From: Paraspadella gotoi
Taxonomy: Eukaryota > Animalia > Chaetognatha
Assembly (NCBI GenBank): GCA_051294375.1
Contig: CM119270.1
Location: 20,482,417-20,546,416, forward strand
Direction of reading: 5' to 3'
DNA: 64,000 nucleotides
Both the position numbers and the translations under genes were made by a program. The notes below the pieces were generated by a model, which saw only the letters and a list, made by a program, of their open reading frames with translations, searched no databases and had not been told where the DNA came from. Below are positions 38,524 through 51,076 of this stretch, piece by piece (within the stretch, counting starts at the first letter, position 1; the number at the start of each line of letters is the position of its first letter).

Positions 38524-38730
38524 TCACCTTCGGTCGTGACCCATCAGCCCATGACCATTAGGTATTGGGATCAAACCCCAATGGTACCTACCGTGTGCGA
38601 AACTTGTGGACATCCGTAAACCGTCTTGGGCGTCCTGGCCTCGTTCCAAGCTCAGGACCCGTTCCATTTCTGCTGAGGGGACACAGAAGATACAGATAGG
38701 AGTCTTCAGCCCACTTAGCGCCTTATCCAT
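38524..38730 (+). mobile_element. tRNA-derived SINE-like repeat (diverged copy)
   Basis: Shares blocks gtcgtgaccc, ccattaggta, ccccaatggtac, ccgtaaaccg, gttccaagc, ggacccgttccat and cttcagyccacttagcgcctt with the copies at about 49.1-49.8 kb. Has a B-box-like gggatcaaaccc. Confidence 0.6.
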
Positions 38731-39091
38731 ATACATTCATTTCTTTAGTTTTATTTTTATTTTTCATATGCCGATTGATTGATTTATTATTTTATTCATT
38801 TATTTATAAAATGAATTTTTTTTATATAATGATTGATTGATAGATAGTTTGCTTGAATGACATACAATGGTAAGTTATTTGAATCTCGTATACTTCACCT
38901 TTATCTTACTCAATCTTCATCTTTTGCACGAAAGCTGGAATATTTTTAGCGGGAAAAAGAATCTCACTTCAAATTCTAAAAATAGAAACGCGATGGGAAT
39001 TAGAATTTCCTAATCGTTTTGAGGTTTAGGAATTTCCTTGACCACTCGATGTAATGTATATAAGAGAGGGAGAAGAGAGAGAGAGAGAGAG

Positions 39092-39137
<46 letters not shown>

Positions 39138-40659
39138 GGAGAGAGAGAGACAGGAGAGAGAGAGAGAGGAATATCGCTTTTCTCAGACGAAGTTATTGAG
39201 AAGTTCTTTCTCGATGGAGGCGTTTGGGTAATTGCTGATGAAGGCCCAGTTGATGGATTTGGCTTTTAACAGAGAGAAAGAGAGAAAGAGAAGAGAGAAG
39301 AGAGAGAGAGAGAGAGAGTAATCTTCAAAGATAAGACAGGATTTAAGCTAAGAAAAAGTGGGAAAAAAAAGATCCGATTACGATTTGGAGCACAAGACGG
39401 AATCACGAGAAAAAAAAAACCCCAAAAAGGTGGCTCATTCACTTTCTCCACTTTACCCACTTGACGCCTCCTCCTCCACCGACCATTCCCACCTACCACA
39501 ATCCCCTTTCTCCACTTCCCCTCTCACCGTCAATTCCGCGTGGCGATGAAGAGAACGACGACAGCCGACCGGACGGCGGTGATAGTCAGCGACCAGAAGA
39601 ATCCCCCTTGGCAATTCCACCTGTTTGGTCGGTAGATTGGTCATATGCTGTCATCCACAAGGAGACCTGAATGGAATTCACATTGGAGAATCAAGGACAG
39701 AATTACTTTTTTTGGTTTTTGTCTCGGCAGAATTCGCTCGACTTCATTTTTTGGTCGCTATGTTTTAAAGACATTAAAAAAAAATTAGGAATTAGGATTA
39801 GAATTAAAAATAGAATTAAGAAATAAGAACTGAGAACTAAAACTAATATAGGAATTAAGATTAAGATCAGCCTTAGATTTAGGAATTAGAATTAAGAAAT
39901 TAGAATTAAGAATTAAGAATAAGAATTAAGATTAAGAATTAAGAATTAGGAATTAAGAGAGAATAAGAATGGCTAAAACCTAATATTAGGAATTAAGAAT
40001 TAAGAATTAGACTTAAGATTTAGAATTAAGATTAAGAATTAGGAATTGGAATTAGGACTTAGGAACTTAGGAATTAGGAATTAGGAATTAGGAAATGGAT
40101 TAAGATTAAGAATTACAGACTAAGATTTAGGAATAGAATAAGAATTAATAGTCTAGGAATTTAGGAATTAGGAATTAGGAATAAGAATAGGATTAGAATT
40201 GAAGAAATTCAAGAATATAAACATTACAAATTAAGAATTAGATTAAGAATAAAGTTAAGATTCTAAGAATGAAGAACTAATAATTAAGGTTAGGAATCAA
40301 GGGGTTAAGGGTTAGAGATTAGGTTAGAGATTAGCGGTTAGTGATTTGTGTTAATTATTGCAGACAGGGTTATGGGTTACTGATTTGGTTTAGGGACAAA
40401 TGATAGGAATTTGTATGAGAATAGAATAGTTAAAGATCTAAATTTAAAATAGAACTAAGGTTAAATATTAAAATGAAGAGGAACGCTTTGAAAAATAGAG
40501 CCAGACTTTTTTCTCTCATTGATCACGCTTGGAATCTCACTCATCTCATCATTTCCTCTTTCACAAAAATTTTCATCTTCACTTCAATTTTTGGATTTCA
40601 AATCTTCAAGCTCGTTTAGATCTGAACCATCAGAGAGACTCGCTTGCACTTTCTGTCGT

Positions 40660-40711
<52 letters not shown>

Positions 40712-41062
40712 TCGTGTCGTCTCCTTCCTCTTTTTCCCCCGTCGTCCGGTTGATTATCATCCAGTAAGTATCATTCCAACGTCGGAGAGAGAAGCCGCAT
40801 TTTGTGTCAGCAAAATGTCCATTGCCAAGTGACAACAACAAAACAGTGAGTCCACCATTAGTTTAGCCAGTAAACAGAACAGCCATTGGATTCATCAAGC
40901 TCGGGTTCAAAAAAGTCGCTGTTGCTGATGCATTCATTTGCTATTCGTTGAAGTTTTTAAAAAAAGTTTGGAGAAAGAAAGAAAGAAAGACCAGAAGAAA
41001 AAAAGAAGAAAGAAAGAAAGGAAGAAAGAAAAAAAGAAGAAAGAAAGAAAGAAAGAGAAGAA

Positions 41063-41106
<44 letters not shown>

Positions 41107-42446
41107 GACCAGACAACAGACAGAAAAGAAGAAAGAAGAATTAAGAAATACATAGAAAAAAGACAATAAGAAAAAAGGGGAAAAACGAGATGATAAAGTA
41201 ACGAAGTAANNNNNNNNNNNNNNNNNNNNNNNNNAAAAAAATCTTTTAATCAATTTGATTTAAAAAAACATAATGCTCTCGGGCTCAAACTTTTAATGAA
41301 TTTTAATTAAAACTGCACTTTGAAATTTCAACCACTAATTAAAATTTATCATTTTAACGTCATATCCATAATATTTTATTCTTTAATTTGATTCCTCATG
41401 AAGTTTCCTCTTTTTTTCTCTCTTCGATTCTCTCAAAAAATTTACTCTGTTCCTCCTTTTAGATAAGAATGCTTTTACTGATATTGCATGATATTTATTA
41501 TTGCTATTCTCTTTTTAATTCTAAATTTTTAAATCAGTTTTTTTTCTTTATTTTTATATTTCTTTTTTGTCTTTTTGTCTTTTTTATTTCTATTTACCTA
41601 TTTCTATTATTATTCTATTTCTATTTCTATTTTCTTTACTATTTCCATTCCTCTTCCTTCTTCTCTTCTCTTATTCTCACCTTGAATTTCCTTTCCCAGC
41701 TATTTAGTCGCACCTCTTTTGCTTCGACCTTTCAGCCTTGGCCTCTCTCTCTCTCTCTCTCTCTCNNNNNNNNNNNNNNNNNNNNNNNNNNNNNNNNNNN
41801 NNNNNNNNNNNNNNNNNNNNNNNNNNNNNNNNNNNNNNNNNNNNNNNNNNNNNNNNNNNNNNNNNNNNNNNNNNNNNNNNNNNNNNNNNNNNNNNNNNNN
41901 NNNNNNNNNNNNNNNNNNNNNNNNNNNNNNNNNTCTCAGTCTGTGTCTATTCCGGAGAAACCAATCAATCTCCAGTTGTTCCCCACCCGTCGATGAGACT
42001 AATCGTTGTTGTTGCCATAGCAACTCACGGATTGACTCTTTACTTCGTGATTGGTAAGGACTTTTTCTTGATTGGTAAGGACTTTTTGATTGATATTTGT
42101 TTCTTTATAATCCATGAAGGCTTCTTATTCATAGGTGTGAGCTTTTCCGTGATTGGTAAGGGCTTTGTGATTGGTAAGTGTTTCCTAATGATCTATGAGA
42201 GCTTGTTCGCCATTGGTAAAAGAACTTTCGCATAATTGGATTGAGTCTCTTTTTCATGTTTATGTCGGCCTATTTTTGAAATCTTTCACAATCACCGTCA
42301 CCATCCTTCACGATATCCTTCACAATATCTCACTTTGCGCATCAACATCACCATCAGGATCACAATGTTAAATTCACCTTCACAATCACCATCACAATTA
42401 CTCTTGTCATCTCATCAACATAAACATCATCACATCGTTTATACTG

Positions 42447-42486
<40 letters not shown>

Positions 42487-43419
42487 AATCCGAGTCTGGA
42501 TTGGGTATTCGAGTGTCTGGGTTTCTTTCTGAGCAACACTAAATGGACTCACTGTTTTTGTTTTTGTCACTGGCCATCGGACATTTTGCTTGACACAAAA
42601 TGGCGGCTTCTCTTCTTTCCGCGTGGGGAAAGATACTTGACTTGGATGATAATCAACTTTCGGAGACGACGGTGGAAGAAGAGCGGAAGGAGACGACGAG
42701 CGAATGACGACGACGACGAACGACGAAGACGCGACGAAGCTGAATTGCAAAGCGAAGTCTCTCTTTGCATGCGTTTGAGATTCTCAANNNNNNNNNNNNN
42801 NNNNNNNNNNNNNNNNNNNNNNNNNNNNNNNNNNNNNNNNNNNNNNNNNNNNNNNNNNNNNNNNNNNNNNNNNNNNNNNNNNNNNNNNNNNNNNNNNNNN
42901 NNNNNNNNNNNNNNNNNNNNNNNNNNNNNNNNNNNNNNNNNNNNNNNNNNNNNNNNNNNNNNNNNNNNNNNNNNNNNNNNNNNNNNNNNNNNNNNNNNNN
43001 NNNNNNNNNNNNNNNNNNNNNNNNNNNNNNNNNNNNNNNNNNNNNNNNNNNNNNNNNNNNNNNNNNNNNNNNNNNNNNNNNNNNNNNNNNNNNNNNNNNN
43101 NNNNNNNNNNNNNNNNNNNNNNNNNNNNNNNNNNNNNNNNNNNNNNNNNNNNNNNNNNNNNNNNNNNNNNNNNNNNNNNNNNNNNNNNNNNNNNNNNNNN
43201 NNNNNNNNNNNNNNNNNNNNNNNNNNNNNNNNNNNNNNNNNNNNNNNNNNNNNNNNNNNNNNNNNNNNNNNACGATCTTGAAGATTTGAAATCCAAAAAA
43301 ATTGAATGTGAAGATTGAAAATTTTTGTGAAAGAGGAAATGATGAGATGAGTGAGATTCCAAGTGTGATCAAGTGAGAGAGAAAAAGTCTGACTATTTTT
43401 CAAAAGCGTTCCGTCTCTC

Positions 43420-43875
43420 ATTCCTAATCCTTAACCTTAGTTCTAATTTTAAATTTAATCTTTAACTTAATCCTATTCCTCATACAAATTCCTATCCTTT
43501 GTCACTAACCTAAATCATTAACCCCCTAACCCTAGTCTTCAATAATTAACCCAAATCACTAACCCTAATCTCTAACCTAATCTCTAACTTTAACCCCTTA
43601 TTCCGAAACCTTAATTAATAGTTCTTCATTCTAAATTCTTAACTCTTAATTCTTAATTCTTAATTCTTAATTCTTAATTTGTAATTCTTATTTCTTAATT
43701 CCTAATTCCTAATTCCTAATTCCTAATTCCTAATTCCTAATTCTTAATTCTTAATTCCTAAATCTTAAGTCTTAATCCTTAATTCTTAATTCCTAATTCT
43801 TAAGTCTTAGTTCTTAATTCTTATTTCTTAATTCCTAATTTTTAATTCTTAATTCCTAATTCCTAATTTTTTAAT
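43420..43875. repeat. Degenerate CCTAA/CCCTAA and 7-bp (AATTCCT/AATTCTT)n array
   Basis: Telomere-like low-complexity tract. An inverted copy lies at 39780-40460, and similar CCCTAA-rich tracts occur at 3050-3200, 9760-9880 and 23070-23250. Confidence 0.8.
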
Positions 43876-43972
43876 TATTAAAACATGCGACAAAAAATGA
43901 AGTCGAGCGAATTCTGCGAGACAAAACGAAAAGTAATTCTTCCTTTGATTCTCCAATGTGAACTTCCATCAG

Positions 43973-44105
43973 GTCTCCTTGGTGGATGACAGCAATGACC
44001 ATCTACGACCAACAGTTGGGAATTGCAAGGGGGATCTTCTGGTCGCTGACTATCACCGCCGTCGTCGCTGTCGTCGTTCTCTTCATCGCCACGCGGAATT
44101 TGACG
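43973..44105 (+). CDS. disp: Dispatched exon (TM8)
   Basis: atcag|...|gtgag, phase 2 to 0. Translates SPWWMTAMTIYDQQLGIARGIFWSLTITAVVAVVVLFIATRNLT, resembling 'WFVSNLEFYDLQDSL...VMLLTTWNI'. Not present in the ORF track in this frame. Confidence 0.9.
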
Positions 44106-44469
44106 GTGAGAGGGGGAAGGTGGAGAAAGGGAAGGTGGTGAGGTGGGAGATGGTGGGAGGAGGAGGGTCAAGTGGGTAAATAGAGAAAAGTGAATGAGCT
44201 TCACCTTTTTGGGTTTTTTTTTCTCGTGAATTTCCGTCTTGTGCTCCAAATCGTAATCGGCTCTTTTTTTCTCACTTATTCTTAGCTTAAATCCTGTCTT
44301 ATCTTTGAAGATTACTCTCTCTCTCTCTCTCTCTGAACGACATCTCCTTGTCAGACTCAGATCCCTTCTTTATTTCTCCCTTCGTTTTCACGAAATTGTG
44401 TTGTCATCCACTATTTTTTTTTTCTCTGACAAAAGAAAAAGAATTCCAGTTACATCTTCATCTTTTTCT

Positions 44470-44597
<128 letters not shown>

Positions 44598-45018
44598 AAG
44601 AAAGATAGAGAGAGATAGATGTTAATTGTCGTCGGGTTCTTCGACCCCTCGTGTTTTTCTATTTATAAATTGTTTTCCTATTTTATAATGTTTAATGGTA
44701 TTTTTATATTTTCCACGTTTTTGAAAACAAATTTTCCGAACCATTTTTTTTTTAATTTAAATTTTTTTAAATAAGTTTTGCTTCAATTTTTTTTTTTTTT
44801 TTTTGCTTTATTATAGTTTTAGTTTTTAGTCATTCTTTCTTTATAGTTTTACTTCATTTGACTCTGAGTTTAACTACATTTTTCTATCAGTTTCAATTAA
44901 TTTTAAATTTTAAATTCATTTTTCCTCAGTTTTCACTTTATTAACTCTACAGTTTTACTTCACTCTCTTCAGTTTCTCCTCATTTTTTCTCACAGTTTCA
45001 CTTCATTCTCCCGTCCAG

Positions 45019-45070
45019 GTTTTGTTCGCTGCCATCGTCTCCATCATCGGTGCAGTCACCTCAACCATTG
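45019..45070 (+). CDS. disp: Dispatched exon (TM9)
   Basis: tccag|...|gtgaa. Translates VLFAAIVSIIGAVTSTI(G), resembling 'SLYAIISIAGTIFVTVG'. Confidence 0.88.
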
Positions 45071-45511
45071 GTGAAAACGAAAAATATTTGGTGTCAAAAA
45101 CCTGTGAACGTGATTTTTATGAAATTGGAAAAAGAGTGAAGGACCTGAGAAAGTTTTGGAATATTAAGACGGGAAAGTTAAAGAAAGGCTCGATAATTTA
45201 TTTTTAAAATGTAAAATTTACTTATAAGCAAGCAATAAGTAAGTAAAAAACCGCAAAAATTGGGAACCCACTGCTTAATAGTTTCAAAAGATTGATACAT
45301 AATAGATGAGAAATGATTCAGCGTTAGCATTCTGGATGATAAATAATTAAAAAATGTTGTACAAATAATCAAAATTCATTAAAAATAATAGAAAAAAAAA
45401 AGGTTAGCATGAATTATTCGTTCTACTTTAATTCGACTATAAATTCTATAAATTACTGATTCGTCTATCTAAAACTAGTATTAAACGGTGAGCCCTTCCC
45501 GCCCCCGTCAG

Positions 45512-45649
45512 GCACGGTGTGCCTCTTCGGCTGGGAGCTCAACTTTCTCGAATTCATCATCATCTCTCTCTCTGTCGGACTTTCCATCGACTACGCGATT
45601 CACTTGGGTGTCGCTTACAAGTGCACCAGTCAGGATTTGGGGTGGAAAG
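45512..45649 (+). CDS. disp: Dispatched exon (TM10, GxxxD motif)
   Basis: Translates GTVCLFGWELNFLEFIIISLSVGLSIDYAIHLGVAYK, resembling DISP1 '[33 protein letters not shown]'. Donor chosen as aaag|gtggg; an alternative in-phase donor lies at 45629. Confidence 0.93.
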
Positions 45650-46380
45650 GTGGGAAAAGTGGGGTGGAAAGGTGGACGAGGGGCGTAGGGTGGGGGGGGG
45701 AGAAGTTGGACGAAGTCGAGGAGAATGGTGGAAAGGTGGGTGGAAGAGTGGAAGGGGGAAAGGTGGTTGGGGAGTGGAAAGGAGAGCGGGAAACTTTATC
45801 ATTATATCCTTTTCTTTTTTTCCTTTCTTTTCTTTTCTTTTCTTTTCTTTTCTTTTCTTTCTTTTCTTTTTTTCTTTTCCTTTTCTTTTCTTTCTTTCTT
45901 TTCTTTTCTTTTTTCTTTTTCTTTCTTTTTTCTTTTCTCTTCTTCTTTTCTTCTTTTCTTTTCTTTTCTTTTTCTTTTTCTTTTTTTTTTTTCTTTCTTT
46001 CTTTTTTCTTCTATCTTATCTTTTCTTTCTTTTCTTTCTTTCTTTTCTTTCTTTTGCTTTTTTTTTCTTTTCTTTTCTTTTTCTTTTCTTCTTTTCTTTT
46101 CTTTATCTTCTTCTTTTCTTTCTTTTCTTTCCTTTCTTTCTTTGATTTTGTTTTCTTTTCTTTCTTTGTCTTTCTTTCTTCTTCTTTTTCTTTCTTCTTT
46201 TTCTTTATTTCCTTTTCTTTCCTTTATTTTCTTTCTTTCTTTTCTTTTCTTTTTCTTTTCTTTTCTTTCCTTTCCTTTCCTTTTCTTTTCTTCTCTTTTA
46301 TTTTCTTTAATTTTCTTTTCTTCTCTTTTATTTTCTTTTCTTTTCTTCTCTTTTATTTTCTTTAATTTTCTCCTCTTCAG

Positions 46381-46452
46381 GCCGGATTCTCGAGACGCTG
46401 ATGAGAGTCGGCGGCGCAGTGACGATGGCGTCGTTGACAACTTTCTTGGCCG
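46381..46452 (+). CDS. disp: Dispatched exon (TM11)
   Basis: Translates RILETLMRVGGAVTMASLTTFLAG, resembling 'SLSRVGSAMAMAALTTFVAG'. Splice sites are canonical. Confidence 0.93.
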
Positions 46453-46678
46453 GTGAGTTGTTGTTGTTGTTGTTGTTGTTGTTGTTGCGGTTGTTACTGC
46501 TCTTGTTGTCGTTGTGTTGTTGAATTTCGCTGCTGCTGTTGCTCTTGCTGTCGTTGTTTCTTTTGCTCTTGTTGTTGTTTATGTTCCTGTTGTTTCTGCT
46601 GCTCTTTCTGTTAGTCCTATGATGTTGTTGATGTTGTTATTTTTCCTACTATATTATTTTTTTTTCTTTTCTCAACAG

Positions 46679-46832
46679 GAGCGGCCATCACTCCAGCTGA
46701 GACTGACTCCTTCCACCGCATGGGCGCCTTCATGATGCTTGTGATGGTCTACGCTTGGGTTTACTCCATTCTTTTCTTCGCTCCTCTGGTGGCTTTGCTG
46801 GGTCAGTGCCAGAGAAGAGTCGGAGGAGAGAG
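46679..46832 (+). CDS. disp: Dispatched exon (TM12)
   Basis: Translates AAITPAETDSFHRMGAFMMLVMVYAWVYSILFFAPLVALLG, resembling 'QLGTFMMLIMCISWAFATFFF'. Donor is gtaag. Confidence 0.92.
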
Positions 46833-47089
46833 GTAAGCATTGAGTTGATTGATTGATTGGATGATTGTTTGATATATGAATTGATTAATTTATAGGTTAA
46901 TTGCTTCTTTGATTGGTGGATTGATTAATGGATTGCTTTTGATGTGTTTGATTGAATGATTGATTGATGGATAGATTGATAGACTGATTAATTGATAGAT
47001 TGATTAATTGATAGATTGATGGATGTACTGAATTATTGATTGATTGATTGATGTACTAAATGATTGATTGATTGATTATTATTTTCCAG

Positions 47090-47426
47090 GAAAAATCCCA
47101 AAGTAACGACAACCATAGTCGAGTGCAGCGACGACAACGACGACGATAACGACGACGAGAACGACGACGATAAAGCCGACGACAACGACGACGACAACGA
47201 CGACGACGACGACGTTAAAGCCGACGACAACGACGACGACAACGACGACGACGTTAAAGCCGACGCCGCGGTTCAACTTCGTCCATTCAACGTTTCGCAA
47301 AATCGAGAAGAGGAAGATTCTAAAATTTCGTTAAATCGAGACGAAATTTCAATGTCGCCGTTAAATCCGTTCGCCAACGACGACGACGACGACGACGACA
47401 AACGAGATACAAAAGCAACAAATTGA
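47090..47426 (+). CDS. disp: Dispatched terminal exon, Asp-rich cytoplasmic tail
   Basis: Acceptor ttccag in phase 2. Open through GAC/AAC repeats to TGA at 47424-26. AATAAA follows at 47522. Confidence 0.7.
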
Positions 47427-47863
47427 AGAGAGAAAATTCCGTGAAGTAAAACAAAAATTATGTGATAAAATCAGAAAAGGGTTTTTTTTCTGTCCCTTTG
47501 AGGATTTCGTTGTTTTAAATGAATAAATAAATTAGTAAATGATAAATTGAGTATATGTTTGAATTAAGTTCGTTTTTATTTCCTTCTTCGTCGAAATTAA
47601 ATTTTAGAATTTAGTCTCTTAATATTCTTCAGTTGTAGACTCGCATGTCGCTTAGCACGTGATACCACGTGATCTCTAATATTAGCTCGTGATTGTAAAT
47701 GATCGCACGTGATCGTACGTGATCGCACGTGATCGCACTAAACGCCAACGTCTCTTTCATCTTTGATCGCATTAAATACGAACGAAGGTTTTTGCTCATA
47801 TTTTTTCCCGCGATTCCCAACCTTTTGACCCAGAACCTTTTTCCTTTTCTCCTATTTATTTCT

Positions 47864-47902
<39 letters not shown>

Positions 47903-49569
47903 TGCCGCCGTTTTTTCTTCCAAAGACTCGGGGAAAACTATTCATCATAAAAACAGTTGGGGAGATGCGGAGGTGAAGGCGGCGGCGGAGGCGGACTGGG
48001 TGAGTGTTGTTATGATCGTTGTTGTTGTTGTTGTCAGATTTAGGTGGGTAGGTTTAGGTGGGTGAGGAAGATGTTCCTCTATGTAAGGTGAGGTTAAGAT
48101 TGCTCTCTCTCTTTCTCTATTCCGCTACCCACTTTCGTAAGTGGCCAAGGCTTCCCAGCCGCCAACGCCCCCCTCACCGACGCCGCCTCTGCCGCGGCCG
48201 CTGCCGCCGCCTCCGCCTCCGCCGCCGCCGAGCATAAAAACTGTCAAGTTGGACCCGAAATCCAGAAATTTATTTAGTCTTGATTTATCAACGTTTTCCG
48301 TTGAGGAATAGAGAGAGGGAGGCGGAGGAAGAAGAGGAGGAGGAGGAGAGGGAGGAGGAGTGGGAGGCGGAAGAAGAAGAGGAGGAGGAGGAGGAGGAGG
48401 AAGAGGATAGGGGGGACTGGGAGGAGGAGGGAGGGAGGAAGGAGAAGAATAGAAAAAAAAAGAAAAAAACACAAGGAAAAGAATTTGCCATAAGAGACCA
48501 AAAATGAGGCTTTAAAAGGGTTTACGCCATCGAAGGGAAAAAAAGTGATGCCATCGGGAGAGATTGGAATGGCAATTGGAGCACAATGTAGCTATCAATG
48601 GCAGATAGATAGCATTGGTGCCATTTAAGGAGATGGCGACGATACAAAATGAAAAGGTTGCCATTGAAGGCGATAAAAATTGTGCGTGGAAGGAAAATGT
48701 TCCATTAAAGGAGATGGCAAAAGGAACGTGTCTCGCGCCATCGGAGGAAAAAGAAAGAATAAAGTCGATTTGATTTTGTTTTGGCCACAAAAAAAAANNN
48801 NNNNNNNNNNNNNNNNNNNNNNACACACCCGAGAGAGATATCTTTTAACTCTCCAGAAGTTTGTTGCCACCCCAATCTCAGTTGGTCGTCCTATATCAAA
48901 CCGAAAAATAAAGTCCATCAAAAACATCTAAGGGTTTGGTTTTCAAAATTAGGTTTCACTTTCTTTAACAGTTTCCTTCCTGAAATCCCCAGCTCTCTTA
49001 TTCATTACCTCAATCCCTATCGCCCTGCTCCCCCTTATCCCATCCCTCGCCCTTAATTCCCTAATCTGCATTGCAATAAGTTCACACAGTCTTAAGAATG
49101 TAACTTCCAGGTCGTGACCCGGTCGCTCATTTGATGTAAAGCCATCAGTTCGTGTCCATTAAAGGTACTAGTTCGATCCTCAATGGTACTTCCCCTGCGG
49201 TATAGCGAGAGGACCGCCGCGTAAACCGCATTGGGGCCTCAAAATCCTAGTTCCAAAGCGGAGGATCCGTTCCATGACTGGCAGATGCGGTTAAAGAAGT
49301 TGCGCGAGAGTCTCTCTCAGTCCACTTAGCGCTTCACCACAAAACGCTCTTCCACCTATCCCACAACCCCTCTATCCATAATTCCTAATACCCCAGTTAA
49401 TTTCCTGATCCCCATAAACCAACCTCTCGAGTCCATCTCCTCCCTCCATCCCACCCCACACCCTCTCGCAGTCTCCAACGTGACTCACATCTCTTTCGAA
49501 ATTCTCCTCAAAAAATAAAAATAAGAAAAAAAGTGGGAAAATTTTTTTTTTTTTCCGTCAGATTTCTCT

Positions 49570-49800
49570 GTGGTGAAGGCGCTAAGTGGACTGAAGATGA
49601 CTCTCCGCAACTTCTTTAACCGCCTCTAGCAGTCATGGAACGGGTCCTCGGCTTGGAACTAGGATTGAGGCCCCAATGCGGTTTACGGCGGTCCTCTCGC
49701 TATCCGCAGGGGAAGTACCATTGGGGATCGAACTAGGTACCTAATGGACACGAGCTGATGGCTTTTACTCAATGAGCGACCGGGTCACGACTGAAGGTTA
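49570..49800 (-). mobile_element. tRNA-derived SINE-like repeat; inverted second copy at about 49105-49340 (+)
   Basis: The minus strand reads gacccggtcgctcattg (tRNA 5'/A-box-like), then agttcgatcccc (B box), then cggata..aggac..taaaccg..gggcc, which is reminiscent of the Meta-type SINE core. Confidence 0.6.
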
Positions 49801-51041
49801 CATTCTTATAGACTGTGTGAACTTATTGCAATGCAGATTAGGGATTAAGGGGGCGAGGGATTGGGGATAAGGGGAGCAGGGGATTAGGGGATTGAGGTAA
49901 TGAAGATAAGAGGAGCGGTGGATTGAGGAAGGAAAAACTGTTAAGAAGTGAAAACCTAATGTTGAAACCAAACCCTTATGTGTTTTGATGGACTTTCGTT
50001 TGATAGGACGACCAACTGAGATTGGGGTGGCAACAACTTCTGGGGGTAAAAGATTAGGGGTTCTTCAGGTGGTTAATATAGAGACTGGGGTGGTGGAGAG
50101 CGGGGGGTGAAAAATGGGACAGATTTAGCGATTCAAATTTGGCACTTGTCGTCCCACTTTTTTTCTTTCGCCCATTTTTCTTTGTCTTTGATTTCTGACG
50201 TCAAGTGCAACATTTCACAATCGCCGTTTGATTTTTTCGCTCTCTCTCTCTCATCATCTAACTCTCTCTCTCTCACCTTCTTCTCTACTTCTCTCTCTCT
50301 CTCTCTCTCATCTTCTCTCCATCTCTCAATCATCTCTCTCTCTCTCTCTTCTTTCGCCCCTCCTTGAAAAACAAAAAATTTTTTTTTTTTTCCCTTCGTT
50401 GCGCAAATTTGGCTCTAACTACACGCGGTTGCGTTCTTTCCCTCTTGGAACCACTTTTTTTTTCCCTTTCGAGTAAGAGACTCTTACATTTGTACATTTG
50501 TCAAGTCTTCGCTTCTTTCTCCCTTTTTACTTCTTTCCTTTTTTCTTCTTTCCTTTTTTCTTTCTTCATCTTTTTTCTTTTTCTCTTTTCTTCTATTATT
50601 TTGATTCTTTCCTTTTTTCATCTTTCCTTTCTATTCTTTTTCTCATTTTATGTCTTCTTTTCTTTTTTTTTCTTTTTTCCTTCCTTNNNNNNNNNNNNNN
50701 NNNNNNNNNNNNNNNNNNNNNNNNNNNNNNNNNNNNNNNNNNNNNNNNNNNNNNNNNNNNNNNNNNNNNNNNNNNNNNNNNNNNNNNNNNNNNNNNNNNN
50801 NNNNNNNNNNNNNNNNNNNNNNNNNNNNNNNNNNNNNNNNNNNNNNNNNNNNNNNNNNNNNNNNNNNNNNNNNNNNNNNNNNNNNNNNNNNNNNNNNNNN
50901 NNNNNNNNNNNNNNNNNNNNNNNNNNNNNNNNNNNNNNNNNNNNNNNNNNNNNNNNNNNNNNNNNNNNNNNNNNNNNNNNNNNNNNNNNNNNNNNNNNNN
51001 NNNNNNNNNNNNNNNNNNNNNNNNNNNNNNNNNNNNNNNNN

Positions 51042-51076
<35 letters not shown>

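Noticed and set aside
39780-40460. Interstitial telomere or chromosome fusion site
   Set aside because: These are degenerate 6-7 bp units that recur in several introns, and the head-to-head arrangement comes from the suspected artefactual duplication.
49670-49800. HDV-like or hammerhead ribozyme in the SINE (TCCTC..GG..CTAA; CTGATGG..GAAG)
   Set aside because: The P1 start/end and the hammerhead core nucleotides do not fit consensus in both copies. The opposite strand explains the features as a tRNA-derived head.
48823-50055. 500-bp inverted arms around a 230-bp spacer as transposon TIRs
   Set aside because: It starts at a 25-N gap, the arms differ by indels, they contain an ordinary SINE plus flank, and no target-site duplication is visible.
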